In this document: positions 39,895-50,639 of the stretch, in pieces
Layout of the letters: every line of letters starts with the position of its first letter
Position numbering within the stretch: position 1 is the first letter of the stretch
Assembly (NCBI GenBank): GCA_964016885.1
Contig: OZ024742.1
Location: forward strand, 87,296,001 to 87,360,000
Direction of reading: 5' to 3'
Source: Eledone cirrhosa
Lineage: Eukaryota
DNA length: 64,000 nt
Notes under the pieces: model-generated
The model's input: only the letters and a program-made list of their open reading frames with translations
Told to the model about the DNA's origin: nothing
The model's database searches: none
Position numbers and translations under genes: made by a program

Positions 39895-40311
39895 TGTTAT
39901 CGTTATTCCTTGAATCTCAGTCATTGATGTTGGTTAACTGGAAATTCCGTTGGATTGAATATCAAGCCACTACCTGCAGCCTCAGATATTCAGGACGTAT
40001 CGGAGGGTTCTTGCTGTTCCAAGCAAGCATGCCTTTTGAAGCGTTCCAAAAAGCGTGAAGGGGCCGATTTTCTTTAACCATCCCTGGAAACTTTTGGAGA
40101 TAGTCCCCAGTGCGCCTATGACAATCGGGATCACTTTGACTTCATGGCAGTTCCAAATCCTTTTCACTTCCCACTTTAGGTCCTGGTATCGGTTAATTTT
40201 CTCCCTCTCCTTCTCTTGCACTCTCGTGTCGAACGGGCAGGCCACATCCACAATCAGGCACGATCTTTTTTCTTTGTCCACAACCACCAGGTCAGGTCTA
40301 TTGTGTTCCAG

Positions 40312-40316
<5 letters not shown>
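39895..40316 (-). mobile_element. Short 5'-truncated young Dong family B copy
   Basis: ORF 39982-40287 is nearly identical to the C-terminus of the 1130-aa ORF. Confidence 0.9.
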
Positions 40317-40342
<26 letters not shown>

Positions 40343-40344
<2 letters not shown>

Positions 40345-43300
40345 GTTATTGTTATTCCTTGAATCTCAGTCATTGATGTTGGTTAACTGGAAAGTCCGTT
40401 GGATTGAATATCAAGCCACTACCTGCAGCCTCAGATATTCAGGACGTATCGGAGGGTTCTTGCCGTTCCAAGCAAGCATGCCTTTTGAAGCGTTCCAAAA
40501 AGCGTGAAGGGGCCGATTTTCTTTAACCATCCCTGGAAACCTTTGGAGATAGTCCCCAGTGCGCCTATGACAATCGGGATCACTTTGACTTCATGGCAGT
40601 TCCAAATCCTTTTCACCTCCCACTTTAGGTCCTGGTATCGGTTAATTTTCTCCCTCTCCTTCTCTTGCACTCTCGTGTCGAACGGGCAGGCCACATCCAC
40701 AATCAGGCACGATCTTTTTTCTTTGTCCACAACCACCAGGTCAGGTCTATTGTGTTCCAGTTTTTTGTCCGTCTGTATCCTAAAATCCCACAGCACCTTC
40801 ACCTGACTGTTCTCCATCACCGCCTCTGGCCTATGCTCATACCATTTCTCAGAATGTGGTAGATTGTTTACTTTGCACAGGTGCCAGTGGATCACCCTGC
40901 CCATCACATCGTGTCTCCAGCCCTTATAGTGGGTCTGGGCTAGGTGTTTACACTCGGACACAATGTGAGCCACAGTCTCCTCTCTCTCTCCACAGATCCT
41001 GCACAGTGGGCTAGCCTCCTCCTTGTAGATATGGTGCTTCAACCACTTCGTTTTGAGGGCCTGCTCCTGCGCAGCCATTAGCATTCCTTCTGTATCCTTT
41101 TTGAGGTCTCCTCTTCTCAACCAGTTCCATGTCTGTGGATCTCTAAATTCAGTTTTCTCAAAGAAGGTACTATGAAGGGATTTTCCCTTAAGGCTGCTCT
41201 TCCTCCTTGATGTTATTTCCTCCTTGGGTATCCCCTGGCCTACTGTCCCCTCCTTCAGTACAGCTCTGAGCATTGGCTCCTTACTATAGGTCACGTATTT
41301 GTATAGGTTGTTTTTCTCCATCTGAACACAGTCCTCTATGCTGATAAGCCCTCTCCCACCCTCAGATCTCCTTAGGTAGAGTCTATCGACATCACTCCTC
41401 TTGTGGAACATGTTGTAGATAGTCAATAGCTTCCTAGTCTTCCTATCCATTTCTTTTTGTTCAGCAACATTCCATCTCAGAATTCCCGCACTGTACCTAA
41501 TAATAGACACAGCTCGGGAATTTACTGCGCTTATGGCATTTCTGCTGTTCAGATGTGACTTCAATACGCTCCTTACTCTCCGAATGTATTCAGTTCTTAA
41601 CAATTCCTTCATTTTTTTGTTCTTTATGCCATCAGCCTCCAGAACGCCCAGATACTTGTATCCTTCCTCAGAGTCAATTTCCTTTATCATCTCACCTGTT
41701 GGTATCTGGATCCCGTTACTTCTGCTCAACCTACCCCTCCTCATCACAATGACTCCACATTTACCAATACCAAACTGCATACATATATCACTGCTGAAAA
41801 TACGGACAGTGTCAACAAGCACATCCAACTCCTTCTCACTTTTCCCGAAGAGCTTAAGATCGTCCATGAAGAGGAGGTGATTGATGGTAAGCTCTCCCCT
41901 TCCCAACTTGTATCCTGCTCTCACTTTTCGCAGCATAATGGTCAAGGGCATCAGGGCAAGGACAAACAACAGAGGGGACAGGCTATCTCCCTGGAAGATA
42001 CCTCTCTTGATCTTCACGCTTCCCAAGGATACTCCAGTTGATGTCAACTCTGTCTCCCAGGACCCCATACTCCTGCCCAGCAACTGTCTGATGTTATCTG
42101 CCACCCTGAAGATCTCCAGGCTTTTGGTGATCCAGGAATGAGGCACCATGTCAAATGCCTTTCTGTAGTCTATCCATCCCATGGCAAGATCAGTGTGTCT
42201 CCTCCTGCAATTCCCCATTACCATCTTATCAATAAGCAACTGGTCCTTTGTACCACGTGACTTCTTTCGGCATCCTTTCTGTTCGTCCGGCAACAAGTTG
42301 TTTGTGTGGAGGTGATGGTAGATTTCCTCAGACACAATGCTCGTCAACAGTTTCCACATTACGGGCAGACATGTGATAGGTCTATAGTTGGTAACATCAT
42401 TACCCTTGATTCGGTCTTTCATTATCAGAACTGTGGTACCTTTTGTCAACCACTCTGGCACCTCACCCGACACCAAGCAGTCATTGAACATGGCCGTCAG
42501 CTTCGGGTGGAGGGATGTTAAATGTTTAATCCAATACCCCTGCACACCATCTGGGCCTGGTGATTTCCAGTTGGTTAGTTTTTTGGCTTGCCCCTTAAGA
42601 GTTTCAACTGTGATACTCAAATCAGTCTGTTGTTGTGCCTGCTCACCGATCTCCCTCTGTACTGTCTCAATCCACCCTGCCTGGGCATTGTGTCTAACAT
42701 CCTGCTCCCATATTCCTCTCCAGAATGTTTTAGCTTGTTCCGCCCCAGGGATCAAGTCGTTGCCTCTTTCTTTCCCCTCAAGCTGTCCAAACAGCATCTT
42801 CTGGTTGTTGTCGAACATGCGGTTCTGTTTATACTGACTGACTCTGTTCTCGTATCGCCTGATTTTGGCACTCTTTGCTACAATGCGTTGCTTCAATTCC
42901 TCTATGATAATATTTAGCTTTTTACTCCTAGTTTTGTATTTTATTTCCATTCTATTTTTAGTGCCTATGTTTTTTAGTGTCCCATTCAGTAGTGACTCAA
43001 GCTTTCCTATGTCATTTCTCATTTCCCCGATTTGCCCACTCAGTCGCTTCTTCCACCACGGCTCTGCTCTTTCTTGTCTGTTGTTTCCTCTCGCTTTTAT
43101 ACCAAGTAGTTTCCTCACCGTATTTGCTGTTGCTTTGAGGATATTGTTGCACTGGTGAAGACTCCTCGCCTCAAGGTATGGGATGACTTTGTTTACCTTA
43201 GCTGTTGTTTCTTTTAACTTTTTCCTGTCTACAAATCTTAGGTTCATAGGTCTCCCACTATCATTGTTCAACTCATCTACCACTAAATTTAGGATGTCAA

Positions 43301-44005
43301 CCGAATCTTGTCCTAGCCCGTCAGCATTCATCTCCTCAGTGGCCGTATCTCTGTTCCAGGTATTATTTATCTCAGTATTCAGATCATTGTCTGCTTCGGG
43401 TGGTTCCTCCGTTCTCAGAACCTCCTCACCTTCATTTCCCGCCGGCTCGCTTGTCTGGCATACTACACCCGCCATCTCCAAGCCATTCTCTCTGCTCAGT
43501 TCCTCCAGTTCCAGCTCGCTTATCCACCCATTAGTTCTTATTACCCGAGCCTGCCCGGCCAATTTTTGTTCATCTAATTTAAATAAACCAATCTCGTTCC
43601 AGATGTTATGCATCCGTCTCCTGTAGCCCCTCTCCTTGGGGTTACTTTTCAGGTAGCATTGCATAACAGTTCTATTCAATTCTTTCGTCCAGTTGGTTCT
43701 GGCCCCTTTCCTTCTTCTTCTTCCTCCAACATCAGCAGTATTTGGTTGACAGTCAGGTTCCTGCTGCTGAGCCAGGGGGCACCTGTTGGGTGAGAGTCTG
43801 TCACATGACGTTCTAGTCTCCATTTCACCGTTATTCGAACTGTTTATGTTCGATATTTAAACACTCTTATCGAGGATTGGCGAATGTATGTTTACATAGC
43901 CATCTGTGGATCCGCCATCCCACTTGGCCCTTGTGTGGCATTATCACCACGCTGTATACGGACACACATAAACAAACAAACACACGGGCAGAAAGGGCCC
44001 CAAAA
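40343..44005 (-). mobile_element. Full-length, apparently intact R4/Dong-type non-LTR retrotransposon, family B
   Basis: 5' UTR (~43824-44005, 5' limit uncertain), single ORF, short 3' UTR, (TAA)n tail. Confidence 0.93.
40431..43823 (-). CDS. 1130-aa retrotransposon protein: N-terminal helical domain, RT, CCHC knuckle, restriction-like endonuclease
   Basis: WKSPGPDG, YRPITCL, WIDYRKAFDMV, GIFQGDSLSP, LFMDDLKL, YKYLG, GGRGL, CRIC..ETVAHIVSEC, RHD, NRPD..D..EKEREKINRY. No stops. Confidence 0.95.
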   Translation of the reverse strand: METRTSCDRLSPNRCPLAQQQEPDCQPNTADVGGRRRRKGARTNWTKELNRTVMQCYLKSNPKERGYRRRMHNIWNEIGLFKLDEQKLAGQARVIRTNGWISELELEELSRENGLEMAGVVCQTSEPAGNEGEEVLRTEEPPEADNDLNTEINNTWNRDTATEEMNADGLGQDSVDILNLVVDELNNDSGRPMNLRFVDRKKLKETTAKVNKVIPYLEARSLHQCNNILKATANTVRKLLGIKARGNNRQERAEPWWKKRLSGQIGEMRNDIGKLESLLNGTLKNIGTKNRMEIKYKTRSKKLNIIIEELKQRIVAKSAKIRRYENRVSQYKQNRMFDNNQKMLFGQLEGKERGNDLIPGAEQAKTFWRGIWEQDVRHNAQAGWIETVQREIGEQAQQQTDLSITVETLKGQAKKLTNWKSPGPDGVQGYWIKHLTSLHPKLTAMFNDCLVSGEVPEWLTKGTTVLIMKDRIKGNDVTNYRPITCLPVMWKLLTSIVSEEIYHHLHTNNLLPDEQKGCRKKSRGTKDQLLIDKMVMGNCRRRHTDLAMGWIDYRKAFDMVPHSWITKSLEIFRVADNIRQLLGRSMGSWETELTSTGVSLGSVKIKRGIFQGDSLSPLLFVLALMPLTIMLRKVRAGYKLGRGELTINHLLFMDDLKLFGKSEKELDVLVDTVRIFSSDICMQFGIGKCGVIVMRRGRLSRSNGIQIPTGEMIKEIDSEEGYKYLGVLEADGIKNKKMKELLRTEYIRRVRSVLKSHLNSRNAISAVNSRAVSIIRYSAGILRWNVAEQKEMDRKTRKLLTIYNMFHKRSDVDRLYLRRSEGGRGLISIEDCVQMEKNNLYKYVTYSKEPMLRAVLKEGTVGQGIPKEEITSRRKSSLKGKSLHSTFFEKTEFRDPQTWNWLRRGDLKKDTEGMLMAAQEQALKTKWLKHHIYKEEASPLCRICGEREETVAHIVSECKHLAQTHYKGWRHDVMGRVIHWHLCKVNNLPHSEKWYEHRPEAVMENSQVKVLWDFRIQTDKKLEHNRPDLVVVDKEKRSCLIVDVACPFDTRVQEKEREKINRYQDLKWEVKRIWNCHEVKVIPIVIGALGTISKGFQGWLKKIGPFTLFGTLQKACLLGTARTLRYVLNI

Positions 44006-44669
44006 ATGAATAAGCATAAGTTTCATTGTAATGTAGTATTCGAATGTCTGACTTAGTTTTTGTTTTTTAAGTTTTACTTCCCCCCCCCCCCCCCCCCCTT
44101 CTCTGTCCGTCCGCCTGCTTCTCTCTTCATTCTTATTTTCTTTACGTTTTTGGGGTTTCTTTTTTTGTTTTTGTTTTTCTCTGTTTTTCTCGTTTTTTAC
44201 TGTTGTTGCTGTGCTGCTTTTGTTGTTTGTTTTTTCTTTTTTCTTTTGAGTCTATCTATATATTTTGATGCCTTCCACTTTGTTAGTAGTAGGAATTCTA
44301 TAATGTGGAAGTGGTAACCAGCAGAGACTGGCGGCGTTGGCGATACTGAGACAGTGGTGGTGGTGATGTCGATACCGAGGCAGTGGTGGCGGTGATGCGA
44401 CCGTATTACTGTAGTGATGGTGCTGTAGCGGTGGCAGCAGCAGTGAAGGAGTCAGGGGGTGGTGGCGGCGGTGATGGGATAGTGGTGGTAATGATGGCCG
44501 TAGTGAGCGGTGGCGGTGAAGGTGAAAATGCTGTTGTGTTTAGTGTACACAGATGATGGGGTGGGTGGTGTATCTAGTTTCTGGTGTTGGTGAGTTTCGC
44601 TGTCCTATATAGTGTAGCCAGAGGAGAGGAGGGGGGGGGGTTCTTCTTCTTCCATTTATAACCATTTTA

Positions 44670-44730
<61 letters not shown>

Positions 44731-44731
<1 letters not shown>

Positions 44732-47544
44732 TGCATTTATCTTGCTTTATGTTTATACGAGTTATCACCAAGTCACAACCAGTGACCTCAAGAGACAACA
44801 AGGTCCGCCATGTTCAAGAAAGAACACACATATTCACACATGCATCCTTAGTGTTTAGACTTGTGATGTACTTATATTGACAGGATCTTCCTTAGTATAT
44901 GGGCAGTTCCCATTAGTACTATCTTTTGTATTTCTCCTATACGCGGGTTTCCTGGGATTTGCGATAAGTAGTCGTTAGACCCCTTAGGTATCATTCCCAG
45001 AGCGCCTACAACCACTGGTATTGTTTTAGTTCTCAATTTCCACATTTTTCCAATTTCTATCTCCAGGTCCTTATACTTGCTCAATTTTTCAAATGTTTTT
45101 ATAGATACATTCTTGTCTATTGGAACAGACATATCAATTAGCAGGCATACCCTCCTTTGAAAGTCCTTCAATATTATATCAGGTCTATTTGCATCTATTT
45201 TTCGGTCTGTTTGGATGCTAAAGTTCCACAAGATTGAGATGTGATCTTTTTCAAGTATGGGAGGTGGTTGATGCTCCCACCAATTCTTTTGATGGGGCAG
45301 GTCAAAATGCTTACACATTATCCAATGTATGTATTGTGCAGCTCTGTCATGCCTGTTTAGGTATTCGGTTGGAGCTATAGGACTGCACATTGAAATTATA
45401 TGGTCAATGGTCTCTGGTTGTTTTTTGTATACACGGCATAATGGGCTGCACCCATTTTTTATTATGTTGGCTTGGTAATTTTTTGTTGGCAGACACTGAT
45501 CTTGTGCGGAGATAATCAGTCCTTCAGTCTCCGATTTCAGTCCAGAGGATGCCAACCACTGATGGGTTAAAGTTTTGTCAACATCAGGATTGTTAGCTCG
45601 CTCTGGGTATTTTCCATACAGAGGCTTTTCTTGCCATTTCTTAGCCAGTTTCTGTAGCAGTTCTTTCTTTGCAGTTACTTTTACCTGCTTTGCTTTTTCT
45701 GTGTTTTCCATTTCAGCAGTAAATGGGACTTCTGAAATTTGTAGTCCATTGCTGTATCTTTGTGCATCTTTTGTAATGGAATATGATCTTTTGGTGCTTT
45801 CGTGTTTCAAAACGAGTTTGATCATCCAATCATGTGATTCCCTTAGATATGTGGATAATCCAATTGTTGCAGTTTTCAACGCAATGTCTAACTGGATTAA
45901 CCCACGTCCTCCTTCTTTCCTAGGGAGATATATTCTATCTATGTCTGCCTTAGGGTGATGCATTCTGTGCATGGTTAAGAATTTTCGGATTTTTGTATCG
46001 AGCCTACGGATCTCTGTGCTTGACCAGTTGATGACATTGTAACTGTAGGTTACTACTGGTATGGCAAGCGTGTTTATGGCATCGATCCTATTCCTTGCAT
46101 TCAATTCCGTTCTTAAGATTGCTCTGACTCTGCGGTAACATTCCTTCCTTATCCTTTCCCTCATTGTCGAGTGCTTGATTCCGTCTCCTTCACAAACACC
46201 TAGATATTTGTAAGTTTGTTCTTGATCAAGCTCTCTTATCACGTTCCCCCGATCAAGATTAATGTCTGAACTCTTCAGCATCTTTCCTCTGGTGAACGTT
46301 GCTTTGGCGCATTTATCCAGTCCAAACTCCATTTTAATGTCATCACTGAACTGCTTCACAGTGGATAATAGCCCTTGCAATTGTTCATCATTTTTTGCGA
46401 ATAGTTTCAGGTCATCCATGTAGAACAGGTGATTAATGGTTTTGTCATAGACTCTATATCCATGTTTTGTTTCATTGAGCATTTTACTTAATGGTATAAG
46501 TGCGATGCAGAATAAAAGCGGTGATAAAGAGTCACCCTGAAAAATTCCACAATTAATGTTAACTTCTCCAGCTTCCAGTGATTTTGTTTCACTATTCAAA
46601 AGGAGTGTCGTTCTCCATGTCCTCATACTGAATGACAAAAACCTCCTGACAACGGGGGATATTTTGAAAATCTCTAAACATTTTTCAATCCAACTGTGTG
46701 GCAAACTATCAAATGCTTTTTTATAATCTATCCAAGCAATCGATAGATTTTTGTGTCTATTATGACAATCTTCCAGTATCATTTTGTTAACCAGAAGCTG
46801 ATCCTTACAGCCATATGAGCCTCGTTTACACCCTTTCTGCTCAATGGGAAATAGGTCATTTGTTATCAGGTGGTCATATGTGTATTCAGTTAGGACTGAT
46901 GTTAAAATTTTATACATTGTGGTCAAGCAGGTTATCGGTCTGTAATTTTTGGGATTGTTTGTCTCATCATTCTTCGGTAGCAGGAATGTAATGCCGTTAA
47001 CTAGCCATGATGGTATCTTTTCTGGCTCCTTAACTATTTCATTGTAAAGTTGGGCCAACAGCTCATGAGACTCTGTGAAGGCATTTATCCAAAAGTTTTG
47101 TATTTTGTCTTTTCCTGGGGATTTCCATTTGCTGGTTTTTCTTAGAGCCAAGCGCAGCTGTTCAACTGTTATATTTTCCCATGTTTGTTCTTCAAGGTGA
47201 GCTGTTTCTTTCATTTGTCTGTCTATCCATGGGGCATGTATGTTATGAACTTTTTCTTCGGCCCAGATCTTTTCCCAGAATTCTTGCACTTCCTCCTTGG
47301 GTGGTATTGATTTAGCAGTTATTGTTGACTTACCAATTTTTCTGTAGAAGTTTCTTTGGTTGTTTTTGAACATATTATTGTCCTTATAGAATCTAGATCG
47401 TTTTTCAAAGCGCCTTATACGAGCAGCTTTGGCCGACACTTTTTGCTTGATTGTTTCTATCAGCATGTCTATGTCACATGTTGATCTTATACTGTACTTT
47501 TTCTTCAATTTTCTAAGTTTAGTTTGTTTAACATGTTCACCTAC

Positions 47545-47545
<1 letters not shown>
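44731..47545 (-). mobile_element. 5'-truncated young Dong family A copy
   Basis: Bounded by (TTA)n on both sides, with an uninterrupted ORF. Confidence 0.92.
44872..47508 (-). CDS. Family A RT-RLE protein, N-terminally truncated (878 aa)
   Basis: FYMDD RT, RHD, NRPD, EKLSKYKDL. The zinc knuckle reads CRVY instead of CRVC (tgc in the 60-kb copy). Confidence 0.85.
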   Translation of the reverse strand: MKKKYSIRSTCDIDMLIETIKQKVSAKAARIRRFEKRSRFYKDNNMFKNNQRNFYRKIGKSTITAKSIPPKEEVQEFWEKIWAEEKVHNIHAPWIDRQMKETAHLEEQTWENITVEQLRLALRKTSKWKSPGKDKIQNFWINAFTESHELLAQLYNEIVKEPEKIPSWLVNGITFLLPKNDETNNPKNYRPITCLTTMYKILTSVLTEYTYDHLITNDLFPIEQKGCKRGSYGCKDQLLVNKMILEDCHNRHKNLSIAWIDYKKAFDSLPHSWIEKCLEIFKISPVVRRFLSFSMRTWRTTLLLNSETKSLEAGEVNINCGIFQGDSLSPLLFCIALIPLSKMLNETKHGYRVYDKTINHLFYMDDLKLFAKNDEQLQGLLSTVKQFSDDIKMEFGLDKCAKATFTRGKMLKSSDINLDRGNVIRELDQEQTYKYLGVCEGDGIKHSTMRERIRKECYRRVRAILRTELNARNRIDAINTLAIPVVTYSYNVINWSSTEIRRLDTKIRKFLTMHRMHHPKADIDRIYLPRKEGGRGLIQLDIALKTATIGLSTYLRESHDWMIKLVLKHESTKRSYSITKDAQRYSNGLQISEVPFTAEMENTEKAKQVKVTAKKELLQKLAKKWQEKPLYGKYPERANNPDVDKTLTHQWLASSGLKSETEGLIISAQDQCLPTKNYQANIIKNGCSPLCRVYKKQPETIDHIISMCSPIAPTEYLNRHDRAAQYIHWIMCKHFDLPHQKNWWEHQPPPILEKDHISILWNFSIQTDRKIDANRPDIILKDFQRRVCLLIDMSVPIDKNVSIKTFEKLSKYKDLEIEIGKMWKLRTKTIPVVVGALGMIPKGSNDYLSQIPGNPRIGEIQKIVLMGTAHILRKILSI

Positions 47546-47597
<52 letters not shown>

Positions 47598-47599
<2 letters not shown>

Positions 47600-50258
47600 T
47601 TTGAGTCTCAATCATTGATGTTTGAAATCAATATCAAGCCACTACCTGCAGCCTCAGATATTCAGTACTTATCGGAGGGTTCTTGCTGTTCCCAGCAAGC
47701 ATGCCTTTTGAAGCGTTCCAAAAAGCGTGAAGGGGCCAATTTTCTTTAACCATCCCTGGAACATTTTGAGATAGTCCCTAGTGCGCCTATGACAATCGGG
47801 ATCACTTTGACTTCATGGCAGTTCCAAATCCTTTTTACCTCCCACTTTAAGTCCTGGTATCGGTTAATTTTCTCCCTCTCCTTCTCTTGTAGTCTCGTGT
47901 CAAATGGGCAGGCCACATCCACAATCAGGCACGATCTTTTTTCTTTGTCCACAGCCACCAGGTCAGGTCTATTGTGTTCCAGTTTATTGTCCGTCTGTAT
48001 CCTAAATTCCCACAGCACCTTCACCAGATCGTTTTCCATCACCGACTCTGGCTTATGCTCATACCACTTCTCAGAATGTGGTAAATTGTTTACTTTGCAT
48101 AGGTGCCAGTGGATCACCCTGCCCATCACATCATGTCTCCAGCCCTTATCGTGAGTCTGGGCTAGGTGTTTACACTCGCATACAATGGGAGCCACAGTCT
48201 CTTCTCTATCTCTCCACAGATCCTGCGCAGTGGGCTAGCCTCCTCCTTGTAAATATGGTGTTTTAACCACTTCGTTTTGAGGGCCTGCTCCTGCGCAGCC
48301 ATTAACATTCCTTCTGTAGCCTTTTTAAGGTCTCCTCTTTTTAACCAGTTCCATGTCTGCGGATCTCTAAATTCAGTTTTCTCAAAGAAGGTACTATGAA
48401 GGGATTTTTCCTGAAGGCTGCTATTTATCCTTGATGTTATTTCTTCCTTGAGCATCCCCTGGCCTATTGTCCCCTCCTTCAGTACAGTTCTGAGCATTGG
48501 CTCCTTACTATCAGTCACTTATTTGTATAGGTTGTTATTCTACATCTGAACACAGTCCTCTATGCTGATAAGACCTCTTCCACCTTCAGATCTCCTTAAG
48601 TAGAGTCTATCGACATCACTCCTCTTGTGGAACATGTTGTAGATAGTCAATAGCTTCCTAGTCTTCGTATCCATTTCTTTTTGTTCAGCAACATTCCATC
48701 TCAGAATTCCCGCACTGTACCTAATAATAGACACAGCTCGGGAATTTACTGCACTTATGGCATTCCTACTGTTCAGATGTGACTTTAATACGCTCCTTAC
48801 TCTCCGAATGTATTCAGTTCTTATCAATTCCTTTATTTTTTTGTTATTGATGTCAACAGCCTCCAGAACACCCAAATACTTGTATCCTTCTTCAGAGTCA
48901 ATTTCCTTTATCATCTCACCTGTTGGTACCTGGATTCCGTTACTTCTGCTCAATTTACCCCTCTTCATCACAATGACTCCACACTTACTAATACCAAATT
49001 GCATACATTTATCATTGCTGAAAATACGGCGAGAGTGTCAACAAGCACACCAACTCCTTCTCACTCTTCCCGTAGAGCTTAAGATCGTCCATGAAGCAGA
49101 TGTGATTGATGGTAAGCTCTCACTTTCCCAACCCGTATCCTGATCTCACTTTTCGCAGTACACTGGTCAGGGGCATCAGGGCAAGGACAAACAACAGAGG
49201 GGACAGGCTATCTCCCTGGAAGATACCTGTCTTGATCTTCCCGCTTCCCATGGATTCTCCAGTTGACGTTAACTCTGTTTCCCAGGACCTCATACTTTTT
49301 TCCAACAACTGTCTGATGTTATCTGCCACATTGAAGATCTCCAGGCTTTTGGTGATCCAAGAATGAGGCACCAGGTCAAATGCCTTTTTGTAGTCTATCC
49401 ATCCCATGGCAAGACCAGTCTGTCTCCTCTTAGAATTCCTCATTACCATCTTATCAATAAGTAACTTCTCCTTTGTACCACGTGACTTCTTTCGCAATCC
49501 TTTCTGTTCGTCCGGTAACAAGTTGTTTGTGTGGAGGTGATGGTAGATTTCCTCAGACATAATGCTTGTCAACAGTTTCCACATTACGGACAGACATGTG
49601 ATAGCTCTATAGTTGGTAACATCATTACCCTTGATTCGGTCCTTCATTATCAGAACTGTGGTCCCTTTTGTCAACCACTCTGGTACCTCACCTGACATCA
49701 AGCAGTCATTGAACATGGTTGTCAGTTTCAGGTGGAGGGATGTTATCTTTTTAATCCAATACCCCTGCACACCATCTGGGCCTGGTGATTTCCAGTCGGT
49801 TAGTTTTTTGGCCTGCCCCTTAAGAGTTTCAACTGTGATACTCAAACCTGTTTGTTGGTGTTCCTGTTCACTAATCTCCTTTTGTACTGTCTCAATCCAC
49901 ACTGCCTGGTCATTATGTTTAACATCCTGCTCCCGTATTCCTCTCCAGAATGTTTTTGTTTGTTCCGCCTCAGGGATCAAGAGTCCTTGCCTCTTTCTGT
50001 CTCTTCAAGCTGTCCAAACAGCATCTTCTGGTTGTTGTCGAACATGCGGTTCTGTCTATACTGGCTGACTCTGTTCTCGTATCGCCTGATTTTTGCACTC
50101 TTTGCTACAATGCGTTGATTCAGTTCCTCTATGATAATATTTAGCTTTTCCTCCTAGTTTTGTACTTAATATCCAGTCTATTTTTAGTGTCTATGTTTTT
50201 TAGTGTCCCATTCAGTGGGGACTCAAGATTTCCAATGTCATTTCTCATTTCCCTGAAT
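47598..50258 (-). mobile_element. Frameshifted Dong subfamily B' copy
   Basis: ORF pieces 49120-49980, 48540-49004, 48162-48518, 47746-48195. Confidence 0.9.
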
Positions 50259-50639
50259 AGTTAATAAGACGCACATGGTGGATAGAAGGTCGTGGAATCG
50301 CTCCCGTAAGTTTTGATTTTTAACATATTTAAATCAATTGTGAAATAACAATTCTTAGTACAAATGATACATAAAACATCCGGCTTGAGTCCGCAAACAA
50401 TTTGGATTCATAATATATTGTTATATCGCTCAAATATTCAACTTTGTATTATACATTTTATATTCAAAATAGAAAATGGTTATAAATGGAAGAAAACCCC
50501 CTCTGTCTACACTATATAGAACAGCCAAATAACAGCAATTTCACCAACACCAGAAACTAGATACACCACTAACCCAACACCCATCTGTGTACACTAAACA
50601 TTATTATTATTATTATTATTATTAATATTATTATTATTA

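Noticed and set aside
40504-43793. Repeated + strand ORFs antisense to Dong copies
   Set aside because: Shadow frames of the retrotransposon ORF. They recur only because the element is repeated.
43824-44005. Possible HDV-like ribozyme in the family B 5' UTR (GGCCCTT/AAGGGCC could form P1)
   Set aside because: No P3/L3 CC, P1.1 GG or catalytic J4/2 strand could be placed. Hairpins are present but no ribozyme class is supported.
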